Below, piece after piece: positions 9,273 through 17,870 of a stretch of 64,000 nt of DNA (positions are counted from its first letter, which is position 1; the number at the start of each line of letters is the position of its first letter). Location of the stretch: IMG/VR virus record IMGVR_UViG_3300017963_000254, positions 10,516 to 74,515 of that record. The stretch is one strand, 5' to 3'. Source of the stretch: a virus. The notes under the pieces are model-generated. The model searched no databases and had not been told where the DNA came from. It saw only the letters and a program-made list of their open reading frames with translations. A program made the position numbers and the translations under genes.

Positions 9273-10180
9273 CCGACGTCCTGGGCCTGCTCGACGAGCA
9301 CGCCATTACTCCGACATCTTCGCTCGTACGGACGCCGGCGTCGGACACGGCCAGCGTGTTCTTGCAGGAATTCTACGAGTGGCTCGAGGCAGATGAGCGG
9401 CGGCGGGAGCCGGACGATCCGAGCTACCTGCGCGCGTCGAGCCTGTACAAGGTCTGCGGCCGGCGCGAGGCGTTCTTCATGGAACGGCCGGTGCTGCGGT
9501 CGGTGGAGAGCTTCTCACCGGGCCGACGCATGAACTTCGACGTTGGTCACGCGCTCCACTGGTGGTGGCAGAACCGCTACCTCGGGCCGATGGGCCGTCT
9601 GTGGGGCAACTGGTTCTGCTCGCGCTGCGATCGGATCGTGACCCAGGGGCTCATGCCGAAGCGGTGCCCCGGATGCAACCAGGGCCACAAGAAGGTGCTC
9701 ACCTACGAGGAGATGTTCCTCAAGGACGAGCGGCTCAAGTACACCGCGCACCCAGACGGCCTTCTGGTCGATGCGCCCGGTCCTCCGCGCCTGCTTCTCG
9801 AGCTGAAGACGAAGAAGTCGGACAAGTTCGAGCCGCTCAAGCGGCCCGACGGCGAGCACGTGATCCAGGTGCTCGCCTACATGCGCCCGCTCGGCGTGCG
9901 CGAGGCGCTGGTGGTCTACATCGACAAGGGCAAGCAGACCTTGTGGAGGCCGATGGCCGGGCGGATCGCGCCCGTGGGGCCTCCGCGCGTGAAGGTCTTC
10001 CACGTCCTGTTCGACGACGAGATCTGGGCCGACGTCGAGAAGCGCATCCTCGATTTCTGGCGGGCAAAGGATGGCGCTCCGCCGGAAGATCTGTGTAGGA
10101 TCTGTCCTTCCCCGACGAGCAGCTTCGCGCGGATCTGTCTGGCGAGAGACGACTGTTTCTCTCGGAGTGCGCCATCATGA
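9260..10180 (+). CDS. Cas4-like/PD-(D/E)XK exonuclease
   Basis: ASSL..C.R, G.ALH, HPDG..LLELKT, Q..AY and C-terminal CxxC...C. Confidence 0.78.
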   Translation: MVDIADVLGLLDEHAITPTSSLVRTPASDTASVFLQEFYEWLEADERRREPDDPSYLRASSLYKVCGRREAFFMERPVLRSVESFSPGRRMNFDVGHALHWWWQNRYLGPMGRLWGNWFCSRCDRIVTQGLMPKRCPGCNQGHKKVLTYEEMFLKDERLKYTAHPDGLLVDAPGPPRLLLELKTKKSDKFEPLKRPDGEHVIQVLAYMRPLGVREALVVYIDKGKQTLWRPMAGRIAPVGPPRVKVFHVLFDDEIWADVEKRILDFWRAKDGAPPEDLCRICPSPTSSFARICLARDDCFSRSAPS

Positions 10181-10701
10181 TGCCGATTCTCACTCTGGAC
10201 CTGGGCACGCACACCGGCTGGTCCCTGCGGGATACGAGGGGCAACGTCATAAGCGGCCGGCAGTCGTTCGAGCTGACCCGGTGGGAGAGCCACGGGATGC
10301 GCCAGCTCCGGTTCCGCAAGTGGATCCGTGAGATGCTCGACGAATTCCTTCTGGCGGATGACCCGGAGCAGGCGTTCGTGGCCTACGAGCGGCCTATCAT
10401 CGCGGGCCGGGGGAAGAACCAGCACAGGTCGGGCAACGAGGTCGGGAAGCTCCTGGTCGGGACGCTGCTTCCCGAGCTGGAGGAGCGCGAACTGCTCCAC
10501 GCGGCGCCGACGCCGGTTCAGGTGAAGAAGCACGCGACTGGCAAGGGAAACGCGAACAAGCACGCGATGGTCGAAGCGGCCGAGAACCGCTGGGAGCACT
10601 ACTCGCGGCCGAAGGACTACAGCGAGAAGAATGGGGACGACGAGGCGGATGCGCTCGGCATCATGGGATGGGCGATCGACGAGGTTGGGGCGTCTGGGTA
10701 G
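10177..10701 (+). CDS. RuvC-like resolvase
   Basis: LTLDLGTHTGW, AYE, VKKHATGKGNANK and DEADAL motifs. Confidence 0.82.
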   Translation: MMPILTLDLGTHTGWSLRDTRGNVISGRQSFELTRWESHGMRQLRFRKWIREMLDEFLLADDPEQAFVAYERPIIAGRGKNQHRSGNEVGKLLVGTLLPELEERELLHAAPTPVQVKKHATGKGNANKHAMVEAAENRWEHYSRPKDYSEKNGDDEADALGIMGWAIDEVGASG

Positions 10702-10730
10702 GCGGGTATAACCCAACACGGAAGCTGATC

Positions 10731-11057
10731 ATGTCGCTGCTGAGGGAGTACCTCATTGACGGACGGAGTTGTCGAGACCTTGCGGCCAAGCACGGCGTGT
10801 CTGAGGCTCTTGTCCGGGCTACTCTCGGAGAGCGCGGTATCCGCGTTGACTCTGACAGCGTTCGCGATCCCGTCTGTGCTGCTGTCGGATGGCTCGGATA
10901 CGGGTCGTTCTCCCGCTTCGTTCACCAGCGCGGTCTGTCCTCGCTCAACGCCCAGGCTCAAGAGCTGGGGGTCACGAAGGCCCAGCTCCAACGGGTCTAC
11001 GGGATCTTCCGGCGGCTAGCGGAAGAGGAAGGCGGCGACGATGGCGCAGGGGCGTAG
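10731..11057 (+). CDS. HTH-containing hypothetical protein
   Basis: Two HTH-like segments (SCRDLAAKHGVS; AQELGVTKAQL). Confidence 0.55.
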   Translation: MSLLREYLIDGRSCRDLAAKHGVSEALVRATLGERGIRVDSDSVRDPVCAAVGWLGYGSFSRFVHQRGLSSLNAQAQELGVTKAQLQRVYGIFRRLAEEEGGDDGAGA

Positions 11058-11859
11058 GAGTGACGAGCCGGAGGAGATCAGGAAGCGGCTGCGGGCAAGC
11101 AAGAAGGCGATCGACGAGGAGTACATCCGCATGGGGCGCGACCTGTACCAGGTCTACCACAGGCGGCTCTTCCTCGACTGGGGGCACGACACCTTCGACG
11201 ATTTCGCCGAGAACGAGGTCAAGATCTCACGGAAGCGCGCCGAGCGCGTCCGGCTGATCTTCACGCACTTCGTCAAGGAGTGCGGCTTGAAGCCGTCGGA
11301 GCTGAGCGTCCTCGGCTACACGTGCGCGAACGAACTGCGCGGGGCAACGGACCAGAGCAATGTCCGGCAGCGGGTCAAGGCGGCGAAGGATCTCAGCTGG
11401 AGAGCGCTGCGCCGGAAGATCGCCCAGTGGAAGCAGCCTCCCAAGGACGTCACCGACGACATGCCGAAGGTGCCGGACGAGGAACCGCCGGTCGACGACG
11501 ACACAACACCGCTGGCGTCGAACGATGGCCGGATCGTGAGGAACTTCCCCCTCTACCCGTCCCAGCAGAAGGTCGTGCAGGCGGCGATCGATGAGGCCAA
11601 GCGCGGCAAGCCCAACGAGATGGCCGACAACGAAGCGCTCGCCAACATCTCGACCGAGTTCTTGGCGTCGCGGATGTCGAAAGAGGAGGAGCCGGTCACG
11701 CGATGCCGCTACATACTCTCCGTGCTGGAGCGTGTCTACGGCGGCAAGATGATCTGGATCCCGGACGACGAGGCCGCCGAGGCTCTCGCGAAGTACATGG
11801 AGAAGCACCCCGAGCTGTTCAGCGAACCAACCGAGGAACTGGAGGATGACGATGAGTGA
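11041..11859 (+). CDS. Hypothetical protein
   Basis: Long ORF with typical codon usage in an operon context. Confidence 0.65.
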   Translation: MAQGRRSDEPEEIRKRLRASKKAIDEEYIRMGRDLYQVYHRRLFLDWGHDTFDDFAENEVKISRKRAERVRLIFTHFVKECGLKPSELSVLGYTCANELRGATDQSNVRQRVKAAKDLSWRALRRKIAQWKQPPKDVTDDMPKVPDEEPPVDDDTTPLASNDGRIVRNFPLYPSQQKVVQAAIDEAKRGKPNEMADNEALANISTEFLASRMSKEEEPVTRCRYILSVLERVYGGKMIWIPDDEAAEALAKYMEKHPELFSEPTEELEDDDE

Positions 11860-12166
11860 GGCAGGGGACAAGAGGACGCGGAACGTCACGCCGCTCCACT
11901 ACAGGCTGGTGGCGGTCTCGCGGGATGAGTCCGGCGAGCCGACTCGCTTCGATGTGGTGCCGGCGCCGGACGGCGTGAAGGACCCGAAGCGCAGGGACCA
12001 GTACAAGCGCTCGGTGCGGGCCGTGCTCGAGGCGGCCGAGGACGCTGACGCGGTCCAAGCCTACAACGGCAAGCAGTTGACCGTGGTCGCCTTCCCCGAT
12101 CCGTTCATGTTCAAGGCGGAGGTCAAGGAGGAGACGATCCGCACGGTCCACATCACCGAGAGCTAG
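11846..12166 (+). CDS. Hypothetical protein
   Basis: GGAGG SD, operon context. Confidence 0.6.
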   Translation: MTMSEAGDKRTRNVTPLHYRLVAVSRDESGEPTRFDVVPAPDGVKDPKRRDQYKRSVRAVLEAAEDADAVQAYNGKQLTVVAFPDPFMFKAEVKEETIRTVHITES

Positions 12167-12915
12167 TGACCGGCGCCGGCGCGGATCCTCTCTTCGAGCT
12201 GCGGCTCGAGATCAAAGCCTGCACGGGCTGTCATCTGCGGCACACGAGCAAGCAACGCGTGCCGGGTGACGGGAGCAGGGCCGCGCCGATCATGTTGATT
12301 GGGGAGGCTCCCGGCTACTACGAGGACAGGGACGGCCGGGCGTTTATCGGCAAGGCCGGTCAGAAGCTCGACGCGTGGCTGGATCTCGTTGGTCTTGATC
12401 GGCACAAGCACCTGTTCATCACCAACGTCCTTCGCTGCCGCCCTCCGAACAATCGCTTCCCGGAGTACGAGCGCGGCGGTCCGGTTGACTCCTGTATGCC
12501 GTGGCTCGTGCGTCAGCTGGAGCTGGTCAACCCGTGGGCCGTGATCCTCGCGGGGAAGCGAGCGCTCCACCACGTGCTGCTGGACGGCTCGGTCGAGATG
12601 GCCGATCCGTTCCGGCCGTGGGTAGGGCGCGTCTGCCGGCGGCGCGACCTCTACGGCGAGGTGCGCTTCTACCCGATCTGGCACCCGGCCTACATCCTGC
12701 GGAACAGGAACCCCTACGAGGAGGAGAAGTGCACCGAGGCCCTCACCGCCGCCTTCGATTACGTCGCCGCGAAGCAAGGAGGCGGCGGCGCGCCGGTGGA
12801 GGATCTCTACGAGGTCCGGCCTGTTGGCTTCGTGCAGCACCAGCAGCGGTTCCGGCTGTTCGGCGCGCCGAAGCCGATCCAGGAGCCGGAGCAGGAGACG
12901 GGAGCGGGAGCATGA
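12166..12915 (+). CDS. Uracil-DNA glycosylase, family 4
   Basis: CxxC..L, IGEAPG..ED, TNVLRCRPPNNR, HPAYILR. Confidence 0.9.
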   Translation: MTGAGADPLFELRLEIKACTGCHLRHTSKQRVPGDGSRAAPIMLIGEAPGYYEDRDGRAFIGKAGQKLDAWLDLVGLDRHKHLFITNVLRCRPPNNRFPEYERGGPVDSCMPWLVRQLELVNPWAVILAGKRALHHVLLDGSVEMADPFRPWVGRVCRRRDLYGEVRFYPIWHPAYILRNRNPYEEEKCTEALTAAFDYVAAKQGGGGAPVEDLYEVRPVGFVQHQQRFRLFGAPKPIQEPEQETGAGA

Positions 12916-13184
12916 CGCCAGAGAAGGTACACGCCTTTGTCGAGGAGCTGGACAAGATCAACGACCTGCTTCTCGAGGTCCAGGCTGACGGCGCTTCCGA
13001 TGGCGGGAGTGTGAACACGAAACTGGACATGCTATGCTACGCGGTCGCTGCGCTCGTCCGGCTTGAGAGCGAGCGGCTCTCGGCCGAGCTGAGCGACCAC
13101 GAACAGGCGGAACCGGATGTCCCGACTCAGCTCGAGTTGTTTCCCGATTTACCGCCTCCAACTCCCGACGTGACCGAGACTTAG
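12912..13184 (+). CDS. Hypothetical acidic protein
   Basis: ATGA overlap; QLELF near the C-terminus resembles a beta-clamp-binding motif. Confidence 0.5.
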   Translation: MTPEKVHAFVEELDKINDLLLEVQADGASDGGSVNTKLDMLCYAVAALVRLESERLSAELSDHEQAEPDVPTQLELFPDLPPPTPDVTET

Positions 13185-13279
13185 GTCGCTCAGGAGAAAA
13201 ACTACAAATTGGCGTGACAGGCTAGAGGCGTTTCGCTATTCTGGGGGGTAGCTCTACCACCCGAGGAGGGACGCCGAAC

Positions 13280-14569
13280 GTGCTATCTGTCGCTTACCGG
13301 GCTCCCTGGCCGCCGGCCAGGGTCCCTTCTACCCACAAGCCGTGCTCCGAGTGCGGGCGCGTGTTGCCCCGCGCCACTCACTACCGTCTCCGCTACGCCG
13401 ACAACCCGTTCAACCTGCCCGACGGGGAAGAGGACGGCTCCGACGTGCCGGGCGATCGTGTGCTCTGCGTGCAGCCGCGCTGCATCGCGTGCGACAACCT
13501 GCGCCGGGAGCGCAGCCGCGCGGTGACGGAGCTGCGGCGGAAGCTCTCCAAGTACAAGTCGGCCGTCGTCAAGCACGACAGCCTCTACCACACGGTCGAG
13601 ATTCGCGGACGCGTGCCGCGCGCCATCCGGGAGATGCTGCTCGAGCCTGCGGCCCGTGCCGGCCTGATCGTCGTGGATGAGAAAGGAGAGCCGTTTCTGC
13701 CGAAGGATCCCGAGGCCGCGCTCCGCGTCTGCTACGCCGGCGTGCTTCCGATCTACATCAAGAAGGCCGGGTCGAGCCAGAAGATCCGGCCGTCGCGGAT
13801 CGGGCATTTCGGCCGCGAGCAGATCGCGTTGCTGAAGGCGATCCCGGGGCTCGTCAACAAGCTGCCGGACAAGCATCCGTTCGCCAAGCTCGCTCAGGAC
13901 GTGGTCGACGTCGCGCTCGTCCGGGAGTGGGGCGACCACTCCGAGGAGGCGATGGATGCGATCATCGGTCGTCTCCGCCGGAAGCTGTGGAAGTTCGCCA
14001 GGGCGATGGTCGACTCGAAGATGCTCCGCCCGGACGAGGCGGAGACGCGGTTCGTGGAGGGGATCTATGACGGCGTACGAACGTGGGATCCTCTCCACCC
14101 CTCGTGCGCCGCGCTACTGACGCACTGCGGGCACCGGGTGAAGAGGTCGCTCCAGCTGCGCGGCCGGAAGGACCATCGGATCGCTGCGCGGAAGGACTCC
14201 GATGGCCGGTTCCGTGGAGGGGCGGCCAGTCTCGATACCCTGATGCCGCCCAAGATCGCGGACGAAGGCGCGTTCGTTCCTCATGCCCGGAGTTACTCGA
14301 CTGGCGCAGGCGCGGTGCCGAGCGTTCAGTCCGACCGCCGCGAGGAGTCCCGCCGCCTGGCCATCCAGTCGGACGTGGCCGAGGCGCTCGAGGTGCTCGA
14401 TCCCGTCAGCCGGCGGATCGTCGAGGGCGTCTTCCTGTCCGATTTCTCGATCGGACGGATGTCGGAGGAGCTTGGTATGACCACTGGTGAGCTGCGCAGG
14501 CGGGTCTCCGAGATCAAGGAAACGCTCCAGGTCGCGCTTGCGTCTTACCAGGAGGCGATGTCCGTATGA
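13280..14569 (+). CDS. Sigma-factor-like protein with N-terminal Zn finger
   Basis: Region-2-like 'EGIYDGVRTWDP', 'SLD', region-4-like 'LEVLDPVSRRIV...SIGRMSEELGMTTGELRRR'; GAGGAGG SD. Confidence 0.65.
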   Translation: MLSVAYRAPWPPARVPSTHKPCSECGRVLPRATHYRLRYADNPFNLPDGEEDGSDVPGDRVLCVQPRCIACDNLRRERSRAVTELRRKLSKYKSAVVKHDSLYHTVEIRGRVPRAIREMLLEPAARAGLIVVDEKGEPFLPKDPEAALRVCYAGVLPIYIKKAGSSQKIRPSRIGHFGREQIALLKAIPGLVNKLPDKHPFAKLAQDVVDVALVREWGDHSEEAMDAIIGRLRRKLWKFARAMVDSKMLRPDEAETRFVEGIYDGVRTWDPLHPSCAALLTHCGHRVKRSLQLRGRKDHRIAARKDSDGRFRGGAASLDTLMPPKIADEGAFVPHARSYSTGAGAVPSVQSDRREESRRLAIQSDVAEALEVLDPVSRRIVEGVFLSDFSIGRMSEELGMTTGELRRRVSEIKETLQVALASYQEAMSV

Positions 14570-15036
14570 CGACCGACAACGGGAACCTGCAAGCGGCGCT
14601 GGACGCGCTCGGCGGCGCACATCAGCAGAAGAAGGAGGGCACCGGCCCCATCGAGCCCACGCTCGTCTCGAGCGGCAGCGCGGTCGAGGATCTGGGCAAG
14701 CTGGTCGAGCGGAACGCCGGCGTCCCGCAGGGCGTCCTGGCGATGGCCGCGCGCGCTGCGCAGGCGGCAGACGAGGCGCGCGAGGCTGACGCGAAGGCCA
14801 AGATGCTCAAGGCCGAGCTGACCGAGGCGATGAAGGCAGCTGAGGTCAAGAAGATCCACATGGAGGATCGACAGCCGATCGCGTTCAAGACGAAGAGCGA
14901 CCGGCAGACGACGCGCAAGGCGATCATCGGTGTGATCGGCGAGGAGGTCGGGACGAAGCTCTGGGCCAACCTGCCTACGCCGACCAAGGTCTACTTGGAC
15001 ATTCCCAAGAGGGAGGTCGACGACCCCGAACAGTGA
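14566..15036 (+). CDS. Hypothetical protein
   Basis: ATGA overlap; coiled-coil segment. Confidence 0.6.
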   Translation: MTTDNGNLQAALDALGGAHQQKKEGTGPIEPTLVSSGSAVEDLGKLVERNAGVPQGVLAMAARAAQAADEAREADAKAKMLKAELTEAMKAAEVKKIHMEDRQPIAFKTKSDRQTTRKAIIGVIGEEVGTKLWANLPTPTKVYLDIPKREVDDPEQ

Positions 15037-15040
15037 GCCA

Positions 15041-15397
15041 GTGAGCCAGTTCGTCGCCACCAAGCCGTTCTGCAAGCCGCCGCCCGGCGAGAATCCGAAG
15101 CTCATCATCCTCGATTCGGCCGGAACGAGCCCGGGGATGTACTGGAGCTACCGGGCCTGCCTGTTGGAGCGCGGCGACATGGTGGTCTGGCACTCCGTAG
15201 AGCACGGCGACCGTCTGGCCCGGGTGTCGAGACCTGATGGGACCGGCCCATGGGACCCTGTCCATATCCGGCTGCTGCGGCCTGTCGAGATCCCCAACGG
15301 TCGTGGCTCGGTCGATCGGCGATGGGGGTTCACGGCCGAGCAGGGCGATCTGTCTGAACCCAGTGCTGTAGATCTACTTGCGGACCTGGGCAGGTGA
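15041..15397 (+). CDS. Hypothetical protein ending in the SAVDLLA motif
   Basis: C-terminal PSAVDLLADLGR. Confidence 0.55.
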   Translation: MSQFVATKPFCKPPPGENPKLIILDSAGTSPGMYWSYRACLLERGDMVVWHSVEHGDRLARVSRPDGTGPWDPVHIRLLRPVEIPNGRGSVDRRWGFTAEQGDLSEPSAVDLLADLGR

Positions 15398-15430
15398 TCT
15401 GGTAGCCTCTAGGGAACCCTGGAGGCGCCG

Positions 15431-16321
15431 ATGACCGAGGTTACGCTCACCGAGGCCCAGCAGCAGGCCCTCGACGAGTTCAACAAGTTCCCCATCTGGG
15501 GCGAAGCGCGGATGCTCCCGATCGATTCGCTCGAGTTCACCGACTGGAACGTGAACGAGATGGGCGATGCGGAGTTCTCCGAGCTGGTCGAGGAGGTTGA
15601 CAAGGGCGGCTTCGATGAGCCGCTCGGCGTCATCCCGATTCCAGGCGAGACCGACAAGTACCTCGTCCCATCCGGCGAGCACCGCGCCCGAGCTGCCATC
15701 GCGCTCGAGATGGAGTCGGTACCGGCCGTCCTGAAGATCCACCTCACCGAGAAGGAGGAGCACGAGATCCAGGAGTGGTCGGTCAAGCGGAACCACATCC
15801 GGGGCAAGGTCAACGAGCAGAAGTGGCGGAAACTGGAGAAGCGCATTACCGAGCGAACCGGCCATCGGGCCGAAATCGTGCGCCAGCGCGCTCTCCTGCG
15901 CGAGGAGATGCTGCTCCAGCTGGCGAAGGGGAGGGAGGATCGGGACTCGCGCAGGCGCTCTGCGGCCAACAAGAAGAAGGGCAGCGCTGACCAGGATCCT
16001 CCGGCCGGAGACGCCCCTCCTAGCGGTCCACCGGCCGATGGCGACAAGGCCGACGCAGACCGGGCGCGTGCCAACCTCGGTCGGGCGTTCAAGGCCGCCT
16101 GGGAGGAGGCGCTCGTGAATAGCGCCGACACAGTGGAGAATGGCTACCTCATCCTCGCCGATGGGAAGGACGAGAGGGTCCACGTGGTCGTCGACACGAG
16201 CAAGTACCTGGCGCCGCTCGTCAAGCGCATGGTGGCCGCGTGTCGCGCCAGCTCGTCGCACATCGACGAGTTCCTCGTGACCGCGCTCACGAAGGAGCTG
16301 AAGGAGTGGGAGGACAAGTGA
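15431..16321 (+). CDS. ParB-like nuclease domain protein
   Basis: WNVNEM, GFDEPL and SGEHRARAA motifs; GGAGG SD. Confidence 0.78.
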   Translation: MTEVTLTEAQQQALDEFNKFPIWGEARMLPIDSLEFTDWNVNEMGDAEFSELVEEVDKGGFDEPLGVIPIPGETDKYLVPSGEHRARAAIALEMESVPAVLKIHLTEKEEHEIQEWSVKRNHIRGKVNEQKWRKLEKRITERTGHRAEIVRQRALLREEMLLQLAKGREDRDSRRRSAANKKKGSADQDPPAGDAPPSGPPADGDKADADRARANLGRAFKAAWEEALVNSADTVENGYLILADGKDERVHVVVDTSKYLAPLVKRMVAACRASSSHIDEFLVTALTKELKEWEDK

Positions 16322-17205
16322 ACGATCTTGCCGAGGCCGCGATCGACGCGCATCTCTTCTTCTCGCGCTACCCCCTCGTGGAAGGGGCCGGCGAGATCGA
16401 GAAGCTGGCTGTGAAGGCCATCGCCGGTGACATGGCGGCGCTCGGCGATCTGGTGACGAAGCTCGATCGGAACCTCAAGGCTACGGCTCGCGCGCGCGGC
16501 AGAGGTGCGCTCTCGAAGGAGGATGTCGAGGACGTCGTGCAGGACGCCTTGACCAAGCTGCTTGAGCCCGGCCAGCTGGCCAAGTTCAAGGACGACCCAG
16601 GCGGCATCGTGCCATGGCTCCATCGGTCCGTGATGAACGCGACGTTCAACCTGCGGAAGCAGAAGGCGCGTCGCGGTACAGTCGGCCTATCCGTGGATGT
16701 TCCGACCGGCGGCCTGGGCGCCGTCTCCGGCCTCACGCGGAAGAAGATGTCCGCCACCAAGCGCGAGATCGTGCACGGGGCCGTCAAGCGGGCGCTCGCT
16801 GGTCATTTCACCAAGCCCGAGCAGGAGTTCATCCTCAAGCTGTTCGGCAGCGATGACGATTTCAAGATGCCAACCAAGGGCGATGCCGAAGGCGCGGCCA
16901 AGGAGATCGGCCGCAAGGGAACGAAGCGCGCGATCGAGGCGTGGTCCTCGCGCGTGAAGAAGAAGTTCCTGAAGGCGCTCTGCACCGATCGCCAGCTCTG
17001 CGACCTGCTGCCATCCCACAGGGGCGTCACAGGCCGTGTCCGCAAGAACGTCAAATACGCCTGCCGTGGCGTGGCCGGTTCATGTGTCGAGTCCGAGATC
17101 ATCGAGTTCGCGTCAGCGCTGACCGAGGACAACGGAAAACTAGATGAGGGCGCGGCTTGCGAGCTGGTGCTATCCTGGTTGAAGGAGGTGCTGGCCGAGG
17201 AATGA
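16318..17205 (+). CDS. ECF/sigma-70 region-2-like protein
   Basis: 'EDVEDVVQDALTKL...WLHRSVMNATFNLRKQK' matches the ECF sigma region 2 pattern. Confidence 0.6.
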   Translation: MNDLAEAAIDAHLFFSRYPLVEGAGEIEKLAVKAIAGDMAALGDLVTKLDRNLKATARARGRGALSKEDVEDVVQDALTKLLEPGQLAKFKDDPGGIVPWLHRSVMNATFNLRKQKARRGTVGLSVDVPTGGLGAVSGLTRKKMSATKREIVHGAVKRALAGHFTKPEQEFILKLFGSDDDFKMPTKGDAEGAAKEIGRKGTKRAIEAWSSRVKKKFLKALCTDRQLCDLLPSHRGVTGRVRKNVKYACRGVAGSCVESEIIEFASALTEDNGKLDEGAACELVLSWLKEVLAEE

Positions 17206-17870
17206 GCAACGGGACCGGCAACAACCCGAAGCGCTCTCTGGTGACACCGACGCAGGCGGCTGCGATCGGCCGGAACAAGCGTCGCTACCGGTCGCTGATC
17301 GATAAGAGGCGGCTCGCCGTATGGGAGGCTCGTCTCGCCGGCGTGCCGGTCTATCAGCTGGCCAAGGACCACGGCGTCTCCACGAAGACGATCGAGCGGG
17401 ACATCAGGTGGTGGGAGGATCGGCTCGGCTACCGAGCTGACGAGCTGAAGGATCCGAAGAACGCCGCGATCGATGTCGGCATGACGATGGCCAAGCTCCA
17501 GAAGGTGGCCGAGGATGCCTACGTCGAGTTCCTGGGGGCCGACAACGGTCACCTCAAGGCCAAGTTCCTGATGGTGATGAACAACGCGCTCGTCAACAGG
17601 CACAAGATCGGCGCCGACGCCGGGTTCTTGCCGAAGGTCGGTCAGGACCACGAGTGGCGAGAAGAGGTCAAGGTCACCTTCACTCAGCGGTTCGGCAAGG
17701 AGTCCCCGCAGGCCGTGTTCGATGACGACAAGAGCCGGCGCCGTGTTCTCGAGGCGACCGAGGCGATTCTCAAGGAGAGCGCCAGGTCGGGTGTTCCAGT
17801 CAAGGCCCTTCTCGAGCAGGCGTCGGCCAAGCCGGTGGAAGGCCAAGTTGTCGACACTGACGATGTGTAA
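17202..17870 (+). CDS. Probable terminase small subunit (HTH)
   Basis: HTH 'QLAKDHGVSTKTIERDI'; directly upstream of and coupled to the large terminase. Confidence 0.6.
   Translation: MSNGTGNNPKRSLVTPTQAAAIGRNKRRYRSLIDKRRLAVWEARLAGVPVYQLAKDHGVSTKTIERDIRWWEDRLGYRADELKDPKNAAIDVGMTMAKLQKVAEDAYVEFLGADNGHLKAKFLMVMNNALVNRHKIGADAGFLPKVGQDHEWREEVKVTFTQRFGKESPQAVFDDDKSRRRVLEATEAILKESARSGVPVKALLEQASAKPVEGQVVDTDDV

Noticed and set aside
9260-10180. Cas4-like gene as part of a CRISPR-Cas locus
   Set aside because: No repeat-spacer array or other cas genes seen. Stand-alone Cas4-like nucleases are common in phage recombination modules.
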